From positions 73,409-137,408 of the forward strand of contig CAZENF010000002.1 in the NCBI GenBank assembly GCA_964513645.1: DNA of 64,000 bases, read 5' to 3'. Below the pieces are notes generated by a model that saw nothing but the letters and a program-made list of their open reading frames with translations, was not told the DNA's origin and searched no databases. The position numbers were made by a program, and so were the translations under genes. Of the stretch, positions 46,869 through 57,844 are shown piece after piece. This DNA comes from an uncultured Candidatus Saccharibacteria bacterium (GTDB taxonomy: Bacteria; Patescibacteriota; Minisyncoccia; 2-02-FULL-40-12; GWA2-44-9). Each line of letters starts with the position of its first letter. Within the stretch, counting starts at the first letter, position 1.

Positions 46869-48614
46869 TCAGGGCTGGGTTGCAACGGAACCCGTCTTAT
46901 CCAAGAAATATCCCAGATCATCAATGGATATCACGTAGTAATAGTAATTCGTATTAGGGCTAACCTTTGTTGAGGTTAGGGAGTGAGATAAAACCAAGTT
47001 AGTATCACTGACAGTCGCCCCCAAATAACAGAAGTAAAGAAATTTGCATATTACAAGCATACTTGTTGCCGGATAATCAGTATTCCAAGTGGCTGTTATT
47101 GATGTAGAGGTTGAATTCAAAACAGGATTAGAAATTACGGTTCCCGGCAAGGTTGTAAAGAGATTAGAAACAAAACTATAACCATAATTATTTTGGTCAT
47201 CTTTTGATATTACCAATACGGAATAATTCGTTTTCAAATTCAATTTTGATACGGTCAGAGAATGGGCAACAACTAAGTTGCCGTCTAATTGCCAGCTTCC
47301 AAAGCAGGCCGTAATGCTTAAACAGGCAACAGCCAAACTGGTAGAAGGTTTATCGGTATTCCAGCTAATAGTGGCGGAATTCCTTCCGATATTTGACACT
47401 TGGACGTTGGAGATGACCGGCGGGACAGGTACAGGTTTGGGAGTTGGAGTTGGCCTTAAGGTCGGTAAGGGAGTAGGCGTAACCGTCGGCCTTAAGGTCG
47501 GTACGGGGGTCGGAGTTGGGGTAGCCGAAGAGAGGGTTTTAAAAAGATAATATCCAAGGATAGCTAATTGGCTATCCGGACTTTTTGACCTGACCCAGAC
47601 ATAATAATAGGTATTTAATTTTAAACCAGAGAGATCGACCGAGTGGCTGGTTACCTGGTTTGTATCAACAGAGGTAAAGATATTGCACTTTCCTGCAGTA
47701 AGACAATACTCCAACTGGCTGTCAGACTGCTTATCCGTTGTCCAGGTTACAGTAGCTCCTGAACTTGTGATATTTATTATCTTGACGTTAGAAATCGTAG
47801 GGGCAGGAGCAGGTGTAGGCGGCGGACCGACATTTACTGTGACTGATGCTGTAACAGTACCCGCCGGTGAATTACAACTGACAGAATACGCTCTGGTCGC
47901 AGGCAAAGCCGGAGTGACTTGAGAACCGGACGTGCCGGTCCAACCGCCGGGGGAAACAGTGCAGGAGGTCGTATTCACCGAGGTCCAGCTTATCATTGCA
48001 GTTCCATTATAAGGAATCGAGCACGGATTTATACCGTTGCATTTAATTGAAACACTCGCCGGAGCGGCTGTCGGAGTCGGCGGCTTAACCTTGTTAAGCA
48101 CGACTAAGGTCCTCACATCTCCGTTTGTCAGCAATGTTATAAGTCCGTCCGAATTGCCGTTGTTCACGTCATATGCATAGAAATCGGCCAGAGATTGAAC
48201 CTGGACGCTAAATTGGTCGTTGTAATAAGTGTCCCATCGGTTAGTGTTAGTGCCTGAAAGCGTTTCTCTACCGTAATAATAAGTTCCTAACGGAAGATTG
48301 CTCTGGGAAACACATTGGGAATCATTACCGGAACTACTCCGAAGAATTGTGGCATTCAAAAGTAACGGAGTAGCAAAAGTTCTTTGGGTGAAAGAGCCGA
48401 CAGGATCAGGAAAAGACGGGTCGCTCTTACCGCTTGGCGGGATAACAAAGGTCGTGCCCATATTTCCGCCACTAAAAACATTGCCATTAGTGTCGACCAG
48501 AATCGTACATATAAATATTGTCCCGGTTTGGGACTGGGCTAAAGAAACCGAAGTATATACCGGCAGAGTAGCCAAGATGACAAATATCAGAGATTTTATT
48601 TTAAAATTAAGCAT
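46869..48614 (-). CDS. Large secreted repeat protein with Fn3/Ig-like domains and PT-rich linkers (P5)
   Basis: Signal peptide, PTPTPTPVPT linkers and repeated beta-rich modules. No TM anchor. Confidence 0.45.
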   Translation of the reverse strand: MLNFKIKSLIFVILATLPVYTSVSLAQSQTGTIFICTILVDTNGNVFSGGNMGTTFVIPPSGKSDPSFPDPVGSFTQRTFATPLLLNATILRSSSGNDSQCVSQSNLPLGTYYYGRETLSGTNTNRWDTYYNDQFSVQVQSLADFYAYDVNNGNSDGLITLLTNGDVRTLVVLNKVKPPTPTAAPASVSIKCNGINPCSIPYNGTAMISWTSVNTTSCTVSPGGWTGTSGSQVTPALPATRAYSVSCNSPAGTVTASVTVNVGPPPTPAPAPTISNVKIINITSSGATVTWTTDKQSDSQLEYCLTAGKCNIFTSVDTNQVTSHSVDLSGLKLNTYYYVWVRSKSPDSQLAILGYYLFKTLSSATPTPTPVPTLRPTVTPTPLPTLRPTPTPKPVPVPPVISNVQVSNIGRNSATISWNTDKPSTSLAVACLSITACFGSWQLDGNLVVAHSLTVSKLNLKTNYSVLVISKDDQNNYGYSFVSNLFTTLPGTVISNPVLNSTSTSITATWNTDYPATSMLVICKFLYFCYLGATVSDTNLVLSHSLTSTKVSPNTNYYYYVISIDDLGYFLDKTGSVATQP

Positions 48615-48615
48615 G

Positions 48616-49017
48616 CTACTGGCAAGTTATTATATTCGCTATCGTATAAGTGGGCACGTTCTGAAAACCAACAGCGGACATTATGCTCGTTACCGATAAA
48701 ATTATCGTGAAAACACCCAATATTACAACTCCGCCCATTATCCCGGCCCAAAGAGCTTTTTTTGCATCGGATAGGCTTGTAGCATTTCCACGGCTCAAAA
48801 GAAAGCTTATTCCGTAAACTATCATCATTACTCCGATCGCAATTATTCCAAACCGCAAAAACCAACAAGAAAGTCCGCTGATGAGACTGATAAGATTGTT
48901 CAGATCAAAAGGTCTGCCGGTCGCACTACCAAGGACGGTTGTAAATCCTTGTGCCATAGAAATATACGGTATGGCCGAACTTGAAATAAATATTGTTGCC
49001 CAAAAAAAATTTTTCAT
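48616..49017 (-). CDS. Pilin-fold protein (P6)
   Basis: Helix-SRGNATSLSDAKKALWAGIMG-helix architecture. Confidence 0.5.
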   Translation of the reverse strand: MKNFFWATIFISSSAIPYISMAQGFTTVLGSATGRPFDLNNLISLISGLSCWFLRFGIIAIGVMMIVYGISFLLSRGNATSLSDAKKALWAGIMGGVVILGVFTIILSVTSIMSAVGFQNVPTYTIANIITCQ

Positions 49018-49031
49018 TGTATATCACAAAT

Positions 49032-51209
49032 TTAACCGCCTAAAGATAGGATATTCTCAAGCAATGTCTTGAAACCTTGGCCGATGATAATAATAACCAA
49101 ACCGATTATCGCCCAAAGAAGTATTTTCTTTGCAGTCCTAACTTTTTCCGGTTCACCGCGGCCAAAAAGAAGCATCAATCCTGCAATAACTATCATCATT
49201 ACGATTATCGGTCCGACAATATAGTAAAGAAACGCCGCAATCGCCCCGAAAAGATCATCTAAAGTAGAGATGCCTCCCGAGAAAGGATTTTGAATCTCGA
49301 AAGTGTAAGGTGCCCCGGCACTTTGAGGAGTGGGAACGGGCGTGGGTATCGGCGTCGGGACCGGCGTCGGACAAATTAAAGTACCGCAGGCCTGACAAGT
49401 CCTTCCCTGATAAAAACATCCGGCGGAAGGATTACAGGGTACACAGGTTGGGACAGGCGTGGGCGGAGGTGTCGGAACCGGAGTAGGTGTAGGACTCGGT
49501 GTCGGAGTAGGAGTGGGCGTAGGAATAACCACAACTATTGGAGCAGAACAATTAACCGAAGTGCCAGCAACGTTTGTAGCAGTTAGAACACAGCTCTGAC
49601 TCAAATTTGGAGTAACGGTACTCGTACCGGTAGAAGTGGTGTTACCGGAACCTATGTTTCCATTACAAACATATTGCAATGTACCGTCGGCATCATTCAA
49701 TGATGACCAGGTCATTATTGTCGACTGGCCGAGAATAATACTCGTAGGGGTAAACGAAACCGTGCATGAAGGCTGTGGCGCAGCACCAACATTTACTGTA
49801 ACAGATTGCCTGGCTACTCCCCCAGGCCCGTTGCAGGTAAGATTAAAAGTGCCTGAAGTTGTCACACTATTTACAACTTGGGCATCGTTCAAGTTTGTCC
49901 AAACAGTAGAATTATATGTATTCGTTACTGAAGCCGTTGTTGAATTTATACAGGTCCAACTTATAGAGGGTGAAGAACCATAGGCAGCCGAACAGGCCCC
50001 GACCGAACCGTTGCAAACAATGTTGGCCACCGGCGGAACCGGATTGACAGTAACCGAAGCTGAACAAGTCGAAGGATTGCCTGAAATATTTACCACTGTG
50101 AAAGTACATGTTTGGCTTGCCGTGGGGATAACCGAGGTCGTACTGTTGGCGACCGTACTGCCTGAACCGATATTACCGGTACACGCATATTGAAGAGTCC
50201 CGTCCGCGTCGTTATTGGAAGACCAAGTTAAAGCCGAAGATTGTCCTGAAATGATAGACGCCGGAGAGAAAGAAGCTGCACATGAAGCCGGCGGAGCGGC
50301 GGAAACATTTACCTGAACACCACCCGAAGCATTTCCTCCGCCTCCGATACAGTTAACGGAATAAACTTGAGTCGAGGTCAGACCTCCAGTATTAAAACTT
50401 CCCGATACCCCGCTTGCACCACCAGGAGAAACACTGCAGGAAGTGGCGTCGGTCGTATTCCAGGCGATTGTAGCCGAACCTCCATAAGGTATCGTACATT
50501 GGCTTAAAGAACCATTACAGGTAACGCTCACGGTCGGCGGAGGTACGGGATAAATGGCCTGATTTCCGGCTGCATCGTAAACAATTATCCTAAATGTATA
50601 TTGGCCGGGAACAGGGGGATAAAAATAAACCGATGAACTCCAAAAATCACGGTTAGGCAAAGAGGCCTGGTAAAAAGCCAGACTCCAAACACAGCCGGTC
50701 ATGTCTGTTTTCATACAGTTAACTGCATTGTAAGGCGCGTAGTCCGCCGAGAATCCAGCCAAATGAGAGCCTCCGGAATCACCCAGACTCCAGGTAACCT
50801 GTTTTTGTCCAGGAGTTATATCGGTTACATCGAATTGAGATACTATAGGTGAGGTGGTATCGGTCGGCGTTCCGTTTAAGACGTTGACCACAACATTATA
50901 ACTATTCGTAACTCCTCCACTCGAACAATTTGCAAATAAAACGGTACTCGAAGTTACGCTTGTCAGAGCACTCGCTCCGGACATCCCAGCAAAGATCTGG
51001 TTATTCAATTGGTCAGTAACGTTACCTGACGTTGCGTTAGTACAACTCCAGACGATATTTGCCGAACTGCCGCTTTGAATATTGCAAATATCGGTTGAGC
51101 CGTTACAGGTTATAGCCGCATGGGGCGTGGCTTGTGCGGAAACATATTCCCCCATAAAAAGGAGCAGGAACCCCAGAGTAAGAAATAGGATATTAGCCTT
51201 CTTATTCAT
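49032..51209 (-). CDS. Large surface protein with a C-terminal pilin-fold anchor (P7)
   Basis: Signal peptide, Cys/Thr/Ser-rich repeated beta-rich domains and a PTPTPTP linker. The C-terminus has …GRGEPEKVRTAKKILLWAIIG… between two helices. Confidence 0.5.
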   Translation of the reverse strand: MNKKANILFLTLGFLLLFMGEYVSAQATPHAAITCNGSTDICNIQSGSSANIVWSCTNATSGNVTDQLNNQIFAGMSGASALTSVTSSTVLFANCSSGGVTNSYNVVVNVLNGTPTDTTSPIVSQFDVTDITPGQKQVTWSLGDSGGSHLAGFSADYAPYNAVNCMKTDMTGCVWSLAFYQASLPNRDFWSSSVYFYPPVPGQYTFRIIVYDAAGNQAIYPVPPPTVSVTCNGSLSQCTIPYGGSATIAWNTTDATSCSVSPGGASGVSGSFNTGGLTSTQVYSVNCIGGGGNASGGVQVNVSAAPPASCAASFSPASIISGQSSALTWSSNNDADGTLQYACTGNIGSGSTVANSTTSVIPTASQTCTFTVVNISGNPSTCSASVTVNPVPPVANIVCNGSVGACSAAYGSSPSISWTCINSTTASVTNTYNSTVWTNLNDAQVVNSVTTSGTFNLTCNGPGGVARQSVTVNVGAAPQPSCTVSFTPTSIILGQSTIMTWSSLNDADGTLQYVCNGNIGSGNTTSTGTSTVTPNLSQSCVLTATNVAGTSVNCSAPIVVVIPTPTPTPTPSPTPTPVPTPPPTPVPTCVPCNPSAGCFYQGRTCQACGTLICPTPVPTPIPTPVPTPQSAGAPYTFEIQNPFSGGISTLDDLFGAIAAFLYYIVGPIIVMMIVIAGLMLLFGRGEPEKVRTAKKILLWAIIGLVIIIIGQGFKTLLENILSLGG

Positions 51210-51268
51210 TTGCGTTAATTATACTACGAAACTCGACATGATTAATCCTTGAAGTACTGACGGCTCGT

Positions 51269-52045
51269 TTATCCTGTCGGCGGAGGCGGCGGCGGAGATA
51301 ACGGCGGAGGCATTGCCGGAGTATTGGAGTTGGGCGGAAGGAAACTTTCTTCTTTTCTCTTTTTCCACCATCTCCATCCAAACCAGGCAACTACTAAAAC
51401 CCCAACGCCTCCCACAGCATAGATAAGTATTGTGTTGAGGTCGAAACCGCCTAAAATCCCTGTTGGTTCAGGCGCGGCCGGTATTGGGGTTGCTTTTATT
51501 TTTTTACAGTCATTCGAGCATGTCTTGGTTGTCTCCCCCGCTCCGGCATCGCAAGTTCCGTCGTCATTACAGATCGAAGCGCCGTTAATGAAGATGGAAA
51601 CCGATTGGTTCCCTTTATTATCTGCAAATTGCACAACCAAGGCATCAGGAACATATGGGCCTCTGACCATTATTTTGCCGGCAGTAAAACTGCTGCTACC
51701 GCCGGTCGGATCAAATTTAAAAGTCTGAACCGTTTCATGTTTAATATTCACGATCTGACCTGTAAAAGCGGCTGTATCGGACGGGGTTTGCGGTGTAAAG
51801 GACTCCGACAGAACGTCAAACTTAACCTCATAATCCCTGTCGGGTAAAAGCTGACCATGGTCATAGTAAAGATAGAAGACATAACTTAACTTCGACGGGT
51901 CGGCATCCGGACCAGGTTTATTCAATGCGAAGGCAAAAGAAAACGACGCAAAGAGTGCCGCAATTCCCGTAACTATATAAATTAATTTTTTCATCAAAGA
52001 AAACAGATATTGCTGTGCCGCTATTACCTTGGGTAATAGTAACAT
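51269..52045 (-). CDS. Secreted protein with C-terminal TM helix and Pro-rich tail (P8)
   Basis: Signal peptide, and a C-terminal TM followed by WWKKRKEE…PPPLSPPPPPP. Confidence 0.4.
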   Translation of the reverse strand: MLLLPKVIAAQQYLFSLMKKLIYIVTGIAALFASFSFAFALNKPGPDADPSKLSYVFYLYYDHGQLLPDRDYEVKFDVLSESFTPQTPSDTAAFTGQIVNIKHETVQTFKFDPTGGSSSFTAGKIMVRGPYVPDALVVQFADNKGNQSVSIFINGASICNDDGTCDAGAGETTKTCSNDCKKIKATPIPAAPEPTGILGGFDLNTILIYAVGGVGVLVVAWFGWRWWKKRKEESFLPPNSNTPAMPPPLSPPPPPPTG

Positions 52046-52092
52046 GACATTATCTCCATTATTTTTAAATTATACCATTTTTATTTTGCTAA

Positions 52093-52824
52093 CTACTCAC
52101 ACACAGGCGGATTTACGTTCTGATTACAGAAAGCCGATTGACAATCGTTCCCAGAACAACAAGTTGACCCGTTAGGAAGACTGTTATCGCCCGGACAGTT
52201 TCCCGGAGGATTCTGGCATATAAAAGTTGGGTCGCAATATCCTGACTGACAATCGGAATTATTGGCACAGTCCCGACCGTTCGGATATGGGGGTCCGCCG
52301 CCCCCACCCGGAGGATTAGTAGGCGTACAATCAAACTTGAACCAATTTGTACTCGTCCACTGCTGGCCGTTCGGTAAAGTTACAGTTGTCGCCGCCAAAC
52401 TCTGGATAATAGTATTGGTTATAAGCCAGGCCATCATCACGATAAGCAGGCCTATCATTGTATCTTTGAAAATTCTCTTACCCTGAGCAAGCATTCCCGG
52501 ATTTGAACCGCCAAGCATCATCATCACGCCCGCAATAACAAAAAAGAGTGTCGCCAATATCGGCGAAAGACCTATCATAATAAAATCGATTATGTCACGG
52601 CCAAGTTTATAAAGATCGCAGCTATTGGTACACTCCGGCGGTTGCCAGCAGTCTTCTTTAGTATTACAGGCCCCGCCATAGTTACACACATTATTTATGC
52701 AACTATTGGTCCAGCCGCACGAGACTATCGGTTCGCCCGGAACCCAGGCATAAGCAAAACTTACGGCCGTCATTAACATGGCCGGAAAGATCAAGGCCAG
52801 CATAAAAGTTCTATAATTTTTCAT
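52093..52824 (-). CDS. Cys-rich pilin-fold protein with C-terminal module shared with P3 (P9)
   Basis: N-terminal Cys cluster, helix-GGSNPGMLAQGKRIFKDTMIG-helix, then NCPGDNSLPNGSTCCSGNDCQSAFCNQNVNPPVCE, which is about 75% identical to the P3 C-terminus. Confidence 0.55.
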   Translation of the reverse strand: MKNYRTFMLALIFPAMLMTAVSFAYAWVPGEPIVSCGWTNSCINNVCNYGGACNTKEDCWQPPECTNSCDLYKLGRDIIDFIMIGLSPILATLFFVIAGVMMMLGGSNPGMLAQGKRIFKDTMIGLLIVMMAWLITNTIIQSLAATTVTLPNGQQWTSTNWFKFDCTPTNPPGGGGGPPYPNGRDCANNSDCQSGYCDPTFICQNPPGNCPGDNSLPNGSTCCSGNDCQSAFCNQNVNPPVCE

Positions 52825-54164
52825 TATGGTCCGGGGTAAGCGCTCTTCGTCATAAGAGTATTAACCTTTGATTCGGCCGACCTTATGGCGGACTTGAGGG
52901 CCTGACGTTTGAGGTTCACGTCATCAATCATATCAGCAAATATCTGGTCGATGGCATTATTGTCTACTTGGTACCAGGATTTGGCCGACAGCGCCTGAAC
53001 CGCAAAAACTCCAAGTTTAGGATCATTCCTCTGGACATCGATGATGTCCCTTCTGGCCGACGGACGTGAAGCCGCAGTAACATACGCTAGCGAACCGTCA
53101 TGAGACCCTAAATAGTTAAGGAATCTCCATGCCGCATTCTGATTTTTTGACTGGGCGGACACTCCAACCGCCCAATAGCTGGCAAAGTTTTTGGTATTAA
53201 GTTCCGAAAATTGAGGCACCGGAGCAATACCAAAATTAAGTCGGTTGAACCTGCCTTGAACGACAGGGATTTGATGAGAATAATTAAACATCATGGCCAG
53301 GCTGCCTTCGACAAAAGCGTCGATTGAATAATGCTGGTCATCATTCCAGGTGTAAACTTTTTTAGCTGGATTCGCAAAATCCGTATAATACTGGAGTGCG
53401 TTTTCACCGACCAGAGTAGAGTTGACGGAGCGGGTGAAAGTCGCAGCAGTATTAGTCTCGTTGGTCATCTTGGTTCCGTTCTGTATCATCAGCTCACTAA
53501 GTATATCTGAAGAACGGTTTACGTTTCTGGCCGTTCCCATCGCCGCTCCGGCCTGAATAATATTATCTTTAGTATCGAATTTTGTAAGAAGTTCGACATC
53601 GTTATTAAAATCCTCCCAGGTCTTGGGCGGCGCAGTTATGCCGGCGGTATTGAACATATCTTTGTTGTAAAAAAGAGCCAAAGTATCGACATACAAGGGT
53701 ATGGCATATATCTTGTCCTGATAAACAAGGTCTTTTGAAACGACGTCAACGAATTGTTTTTGAAAATCAGAGAGGGTGAAGAATTGGACGGTCTTTGAAC
53801 CGGAAGTTGCCGGCATCGGCGAAAGTATGTCGCGATGTTTTGCCAGCCAGGTGTTGTCTATCATTATCAGGTCCGGTCCGGTGCCCGATGCCAGAGCATC
53901 GATCAGAGATTTTTCATAATCAGCGTATGAAAATTGTCTATAATTAACTTTTATACCTGGTTCGGCACCTTTAAACGCGTTGATAAGGGCCGTGAGGGTC
54001 TGGCGGTCATCATAAACACCCCAGAATTCCAAACTGGCCTGGGCATTGCCCGTTCCACCACCGACATTTCTCAAAAACAGCAGTATCGTTACAAAAACAA
54101 TAAAAATTATACCTCCGATAAGTAGGTAGAAAAATTTGCTTGAACTAAAAAAACTTGTATTCAT
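52824..54164 (-). CDS. ABC transporter extracellular solute-binding protein (family 1), orphan
   Basis: N-terminal anchor and an SBP_bac_1-like pattern (…KVNYRQFSYADYEKSLIDALASGTGPDLIMIDNTWL…). No adjacent permease or ATPase. Confidence 0.7.
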   Translation of the reverse strand: MNTSFFSSSKFFYLLIGGIIFIVFVTILLFLRNVGGGTGNAQASLEFWGVYDDRQTLTALINAFKGAEPGIKVNYRQFSYADYEKSLIDALASGTGPDLIMIDNTWLAKHRDILSPMPATSGSKTVQFFTLSDFQKQFVDVVSKDLVYQDKIYAIPLYVDTLALFYNKDMFNTAGITAPPKTWEDFNNDVELLTKFDTKDNIIQAGAAMGTARNVNRSSDILSELMIQNGTKMTNETNTAATFTRSVNSTLVGENALQYYTDFANPAKKVYTWNDDQHYSIDAFVEGSLAMMFNYSHQIPVVQGRFNRLNFGIAPVPQFSELNTKNFASYWAVGVSAQSKNQNAAWRFLNYLGSHDGSLAYVTAASRPSARRDIIDVQRNDPKLGVFAVQALSAKSWYQVDNNAIDQIFADMIDDVNLKRQALKSAIRSAESKVNTLMTKSAYPGP

Positions 54165-54165
54165 T

Positions 54166-54756
54166 TTAAGGTTTTTTGAAAATTAGCCCGAAATGAAATT
54201 CTCCTGCATCTATCGGGCCTTCGGACTTAAGTCCGCTCTCTCCGGCAGCTTTAGTTATATTTTCTTCACTTAAGCGTATATCATCCGGCGGACCGAATCC
54301 CCCGGTGGATTTTTTCCAATCAATTATTATCATGTTTCCTCCTCCTTTAAGAACCCTGACGCCTTCTTTTATTATATCGGCGTATTTTCTGGATTGGAAA
54401 AGAATATTTGCCAACAAAACTATATCTTGAGAGCTGTCAGCCAAGCTTGAACCGCCTAATATTTCAAGATTTGTTCTGATAGTTTGTATATTATTTATAC
54501 CTTCGGCTCCGGCTCTGGCCCGAACATTATCAAGAGCCATCTCCTGAACATCCAGAGCATAAACGATGCCTTCGGGACCGGTTTTTTCAGCAAGAATGAT
54601 GGTAAAATATCCGGCGCCCGAACCAAAATCAGATATCACCATTCCCTCCTTTATTCCAAAACGTTCGGCAATAATTTCAGGGTGAAGAAAGCCCCCCGTT
54701 CCAAAGGGTTTTTGTCGAGAGATTGGTGTTGCTGATAGAGCTTCCATCTCTATCAT
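54166..54756 (-). CDS. Class I SAM-dependent methyltransferase
   Basis: Motif I VISDFGSGAGYFTI, with acidic motif II and motif III (DIVLLANILF). Confidence 0.7.
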   Translation of the reverse strand: MIEMEALSATPISRQKPFGTGGFLHPEIIAERFGIKEGMVISDFGSGAGYFTIILAEKTGPEGIVYALDVQEMALDNVRARAGAEGINNIQTIRTNLEILGGSSLADSSQDIVLLANILFQSRKYADIIKEGVRVLKGGGNMIIIDWKKSTGGFGPPDDIRLSEENITKAAGESGLKSEGPIDAGEFHFGLIFKKP

Positions 54757-54777
54757 TTTACCAAATAGAAGATTGGG

Positions 54778-55323
54778 TTAAAAGAAAAAGTAATAAACAA
54801 GTACACCGGCAGTGGCCAGAGCAGCGAGACCAAAAAGTATCCATACCAAATTATTCCCGGAAGGAACCGCCGGAGATTTTTCTATATTTGAATTATTAGT
54901 TTGAGATGAAGGAACCCTGTTAACCTGGGGACTGATGCCGAATTCTTTGAATAATTTAACCATATCATAGCGGCTTATTATGCCGACGACTTTCTTATCA
55001 GAATTTACGACTGGTATCGGGTCCACCCTGTGGTGCTCGGCAAAAGCCGTGACCGCATCCTCAACTGTCATATTATCCGATAAAAACAACGGGTCTGTGT
55101 TCATTACTTCACTGGCTTTTGTGTCGTCATGAATATAACCCCGCTTGGTTATAAGATCATATTTAGTGAGTATGCCGACCAGGACACCATTTTTGTCTGT
55201 GACTGGCAATCCGTTAAAATTATTGGTCAAGATTATGTCTATGGCCACCAAAATAAGAGTATCCGGCAGAACCGAGATAACCCGAGAGCTCATCAATGAT
55301 TTTACGGAATCTTGTAGAGGCAT
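54778..55323 (-). CDS. CBS-domain protein with C-terminal TM helix
   Basis: CBS pair (…FNGLPVTDKNGVLVGILTKYDL…HRVDPIPVVNSDKKVVGIISRYD) plus a C-terminal hydrophobic segment. Confidence 0.6.
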   Translation of the reverse strand: MPLQDSVKSLMSSRVISVLPDTLILVAIDIILTNNFNGLPVTDKNGVLVGILTKYDLITKRGYIHDDTKASEVMNTDPLFLSDNMTVEDAVTAFAEHHRVDPIPVVNSDKKVVGIISRYDMVKLFKEFGISPQVNRVPSSQTNNSNIEKSPAVPSGNNLVWILFGLAALATAGVLVYYFFF

Positions 55324-55332
55324 GTTTACCTA

Positions 55333-57759
55333 TTATACCACTGCTACCGAAGCGAGGCCATCACCGGCTTCCATTTTCATTATCCTAACACCTTGAGTTG
55401 CCCGTCCAAGTATCGAAATACCCTCGACTTGAGTTCTGATCACTTGGCCTTTTCTGGAAACAGCGACGAGTTCTTTTATTTCTTCCGAGATGACGTGAGC
55501 AGAAACAACTTTTCCCGTCTTTGCCGTAACTTTAGCCGTCATTATCCCCCGTCCACCGCGCTTCTGTATCTTATAAAACTTGAGGTCGGTACGCTTGCCA
55601 TAACCGTTCTCCATTACTGCCAATATCTGAAGACCTTTCTCAACTCCAGAAGGAACGACATCCGCCCCGATGACTTTTTGCTCTTTATCCAGACGTATAC
55701 CAATAACGCCGGAAGCAGCACGGCCCATCGGACGCACATCGTTCTCCTTGAACCTGATGGCATTGCCGTCAGAGGTGACAAGCATGACCTGGTCTTTGCC
55801 GGAAATTGAAAGAACCCATTTCAATTCATCATCGCCGTGAAGCTTTATCGCTATCATACCGTTCCGCCTGACCTGCGAAAAAGAATCCATGTCTACCTTT
55901 TTGACCACACCGTTAGCGGTAACCATGAACAAAAAGTCACCCTTTTGATCTTTGGGTATCGGAACTACGGCCGTAATTATATCGGAGGGCAGGATTTGAA
56001 GAAAGTTAACAATTGCCTTGCCTTTTGATTGACGAGAGGCTTCTGGAACTTCATAGCCCTTGGTCTGAAAAACTTTTCCTGAATTAGTGAAGAACAAAAG
56101 ATTGTCATGAGTATTTGCCAAAAAGAACTGGGTGATAACATCCTCCTCTTTTGTTGCCATGCCGATCAGACCCTTGCCACCGCGTTTTTGGCTTCGAATA
56201 TCTTCAGGCTGCATCCGTTTGATATATCCGCCGCGGGTAAGCATAAAAAGAGAATCTTCTTCAGGTACCAATTCTTCATCTCCAAGTTCTTTAAGGGCGG
56301 ATTTAACAACTTTGGTTCGGCGCTGATCGCCGTATTTGGCTTTAACCTCATTCAATTCTTCCTTAATAACCGTCATGATCTTCTTGGGGCTGGCCAAAAG
56401 ATCTTCGAGATAGGCAATGAGGTCTTTCTTCTCTTTGAGCTCATCGTTTATTTTTTTTCTTTCGAGTCCGGCCAAGGCCTGAAGTCTCATTTCCAAGATC
56501 GCAGCCGCCTGACGGTCGGAGAATTTGAATTTCTTAATTAAATTGCCAAAAGCATCGTCCCGGGACTCGGATGATTTTATTATTTTGATTATTTCGTCTA
56601 TGTGGTCAAGGGCTTTTTTAAGGCCCTCCAGAATATGAGCCCGGTCTTTGGCTTTTTGAAGATCGTATTTTGCCCGGCGAGTCACTATCTCCTTTCGATG
56701 TTCTATGAATTTTTCAAGAAGAGATTTAAGGCCAAGTATCTGCGGCTGAATACCGTCAACGAGGCCGAGCATATTGAAATGAAAGGCTTTCTGAAGTTCT
56801 GTGTACTTATAAAGCTGATTAAGTACTTTGCGAGGAAAAGAATCCTGCTTAAGATCAATTGCGATCCTTAAACCATCTTTGTCTGATTCGTCGCGGATAT
56901 CTTTTATCCCGTCTATTTTCTTGTCTTTGACCAAATCAGCTATTTTTATTATAAGTTCGGCTTTGTTAACCTGATATGGTATTTCAGTAACTATTATTTG
57001 GAAACCTCGCTTTCCTTCGACAATATCGGCAACTCCTCTTATCATCACAGGTCCCCTGCCGGTGGCATAGGCGCTGTTTATTTCCTTTTCATTATATATG
57101 ATACCTCCGGTCGGAAAATCAGGCCCTTTTACGAACTGGGTCAGATCCGAAGTATCGGCGTCTTTGTTATCTATAAGATACATTGAGGCATCTAAAACTT
57201 CAGTCAGGTTGTGAGGAGGAATGTTGGTCGCCATACCGACCGCAATACCCATTGAGCCATTTATCAGAAGATTCGGGATTCTGGTCGGCAAAACCGCCGG
57301 TTCCTGGGTTGAACCGTCATAATTAGGAATAAAGTTAACCGTATCTTTATCAATATCCGCCAAAAGAGGTTCGGCGATAGGAGCGAGTCTGGCTTCGGTA
57401 TAACGCATGGCGGCCGCGGTATCACCGTCAATTGAGCCGAAATTTCCCTGACCGTCGACAAGAGGATAGCGTAGTGAAAAATCTTGAGCCATCCTGACCA
57501 TGGATTCGTATGCCGCCGAGTCACCGTGAGGATGGTACTGACCAAGAACATAACCAACGACCTTTGCTGACTTCTGATATTTTGCTCCAGGCCGCAAACC
57601 CATTTCATGCATCGAATACAGAACCCGGCGATGAACGGGCTTTAAGCCGTCGCGGACATCAGGTAAGGCACGCGAAACAATAACGCTCATCGCGTATTCT
57701 ATATAAGACTTCTGCATTTCCTCCGTTATCTCGCGTTTTTGGATCGAAGAATCGGCCAT
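55333..57759 (-). CDS. gyrA: DNA gyrase subunit A
   Basis: N-terminal …[23 protein letters not shown]…, a catalytic Tyr region, a GyrA-box-like QKRGGKG, and C-terminal beta-pinwheel repeats. Confidence 0.9.
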   Translation of the reverse strand: MADSSIQKREITEEMQKSYIEYAMSVIVSRALPDVRDGLKPVHRRVLYSMHEMGLRPGAKYQKSAKVVGYVLGQYHPHGDSAAYESMVRMAQDFSLRYPLVDGQGNFGSIDGDTAAAMRYTEARLAPIAEPLLADIDKDTVNFIPNYDGSTQEPAVLPTRIPNLLINGSMGIAVGMATNIPPHNLTEVLDASMYLIDNKDADTSDLTQFVKGPDFPTGGIIYNEKEINSAYATGRGPVMIRGVADIVEGKRGFQIIVTEIPYQVNKAELIIKIADLVKDKKIDGIKDIRDESDKDGLRIAIDLKQDSFPRKVLNQLYKYTELQKAFHFNMLGLVDGIQPQILGLKSLLEKFIEHRKEIVTRRAKYDLQKAKDRAHILEGLKKALDHIDEIIKIIKSSESRDDAFGNLIKKFKFSDRQAAAILEMRLQALAGLERKKINDELKEKKDLIAYLEDLLASPKKIMTVIKEELNEVKAKYGDQRRTKVVKSALKELGDEELVPEEDSLFMLTRGGYIKRMQPEDIRSQKRGGKGLIGMATKEEDVITQFFLANTHDNLLFFTNSGKVFQTKGYEVPEASRQSKGKAIVNFLQILPSDIITAVVPIPKDQKGDFLFMVTANGVVKKVDMDSFSQVRRNGMIAIKLHGDDELKWVLSISGKDQVMLVTSDGNAIRFKENDVRPMGRAASGVIGIRLDKEQKVIGADVVPSGVEKGLQILAVMENGYGKRTDLKFYKIQKRGGRGIMTAKVTAKTGKVVSAHVISEEIKELVAVSRKGQVIRTQVEGISILGRATQGVRIMKMEAGDGLASVAVV

Positions 57760-57844
57760 AAAATATTAATAAAAACCCCTTAATAAAATCATTGAAGTCG
57801 CCGTAGGCGACAACAATGGTAATTTCTTAATTTAAAATTTAAAC

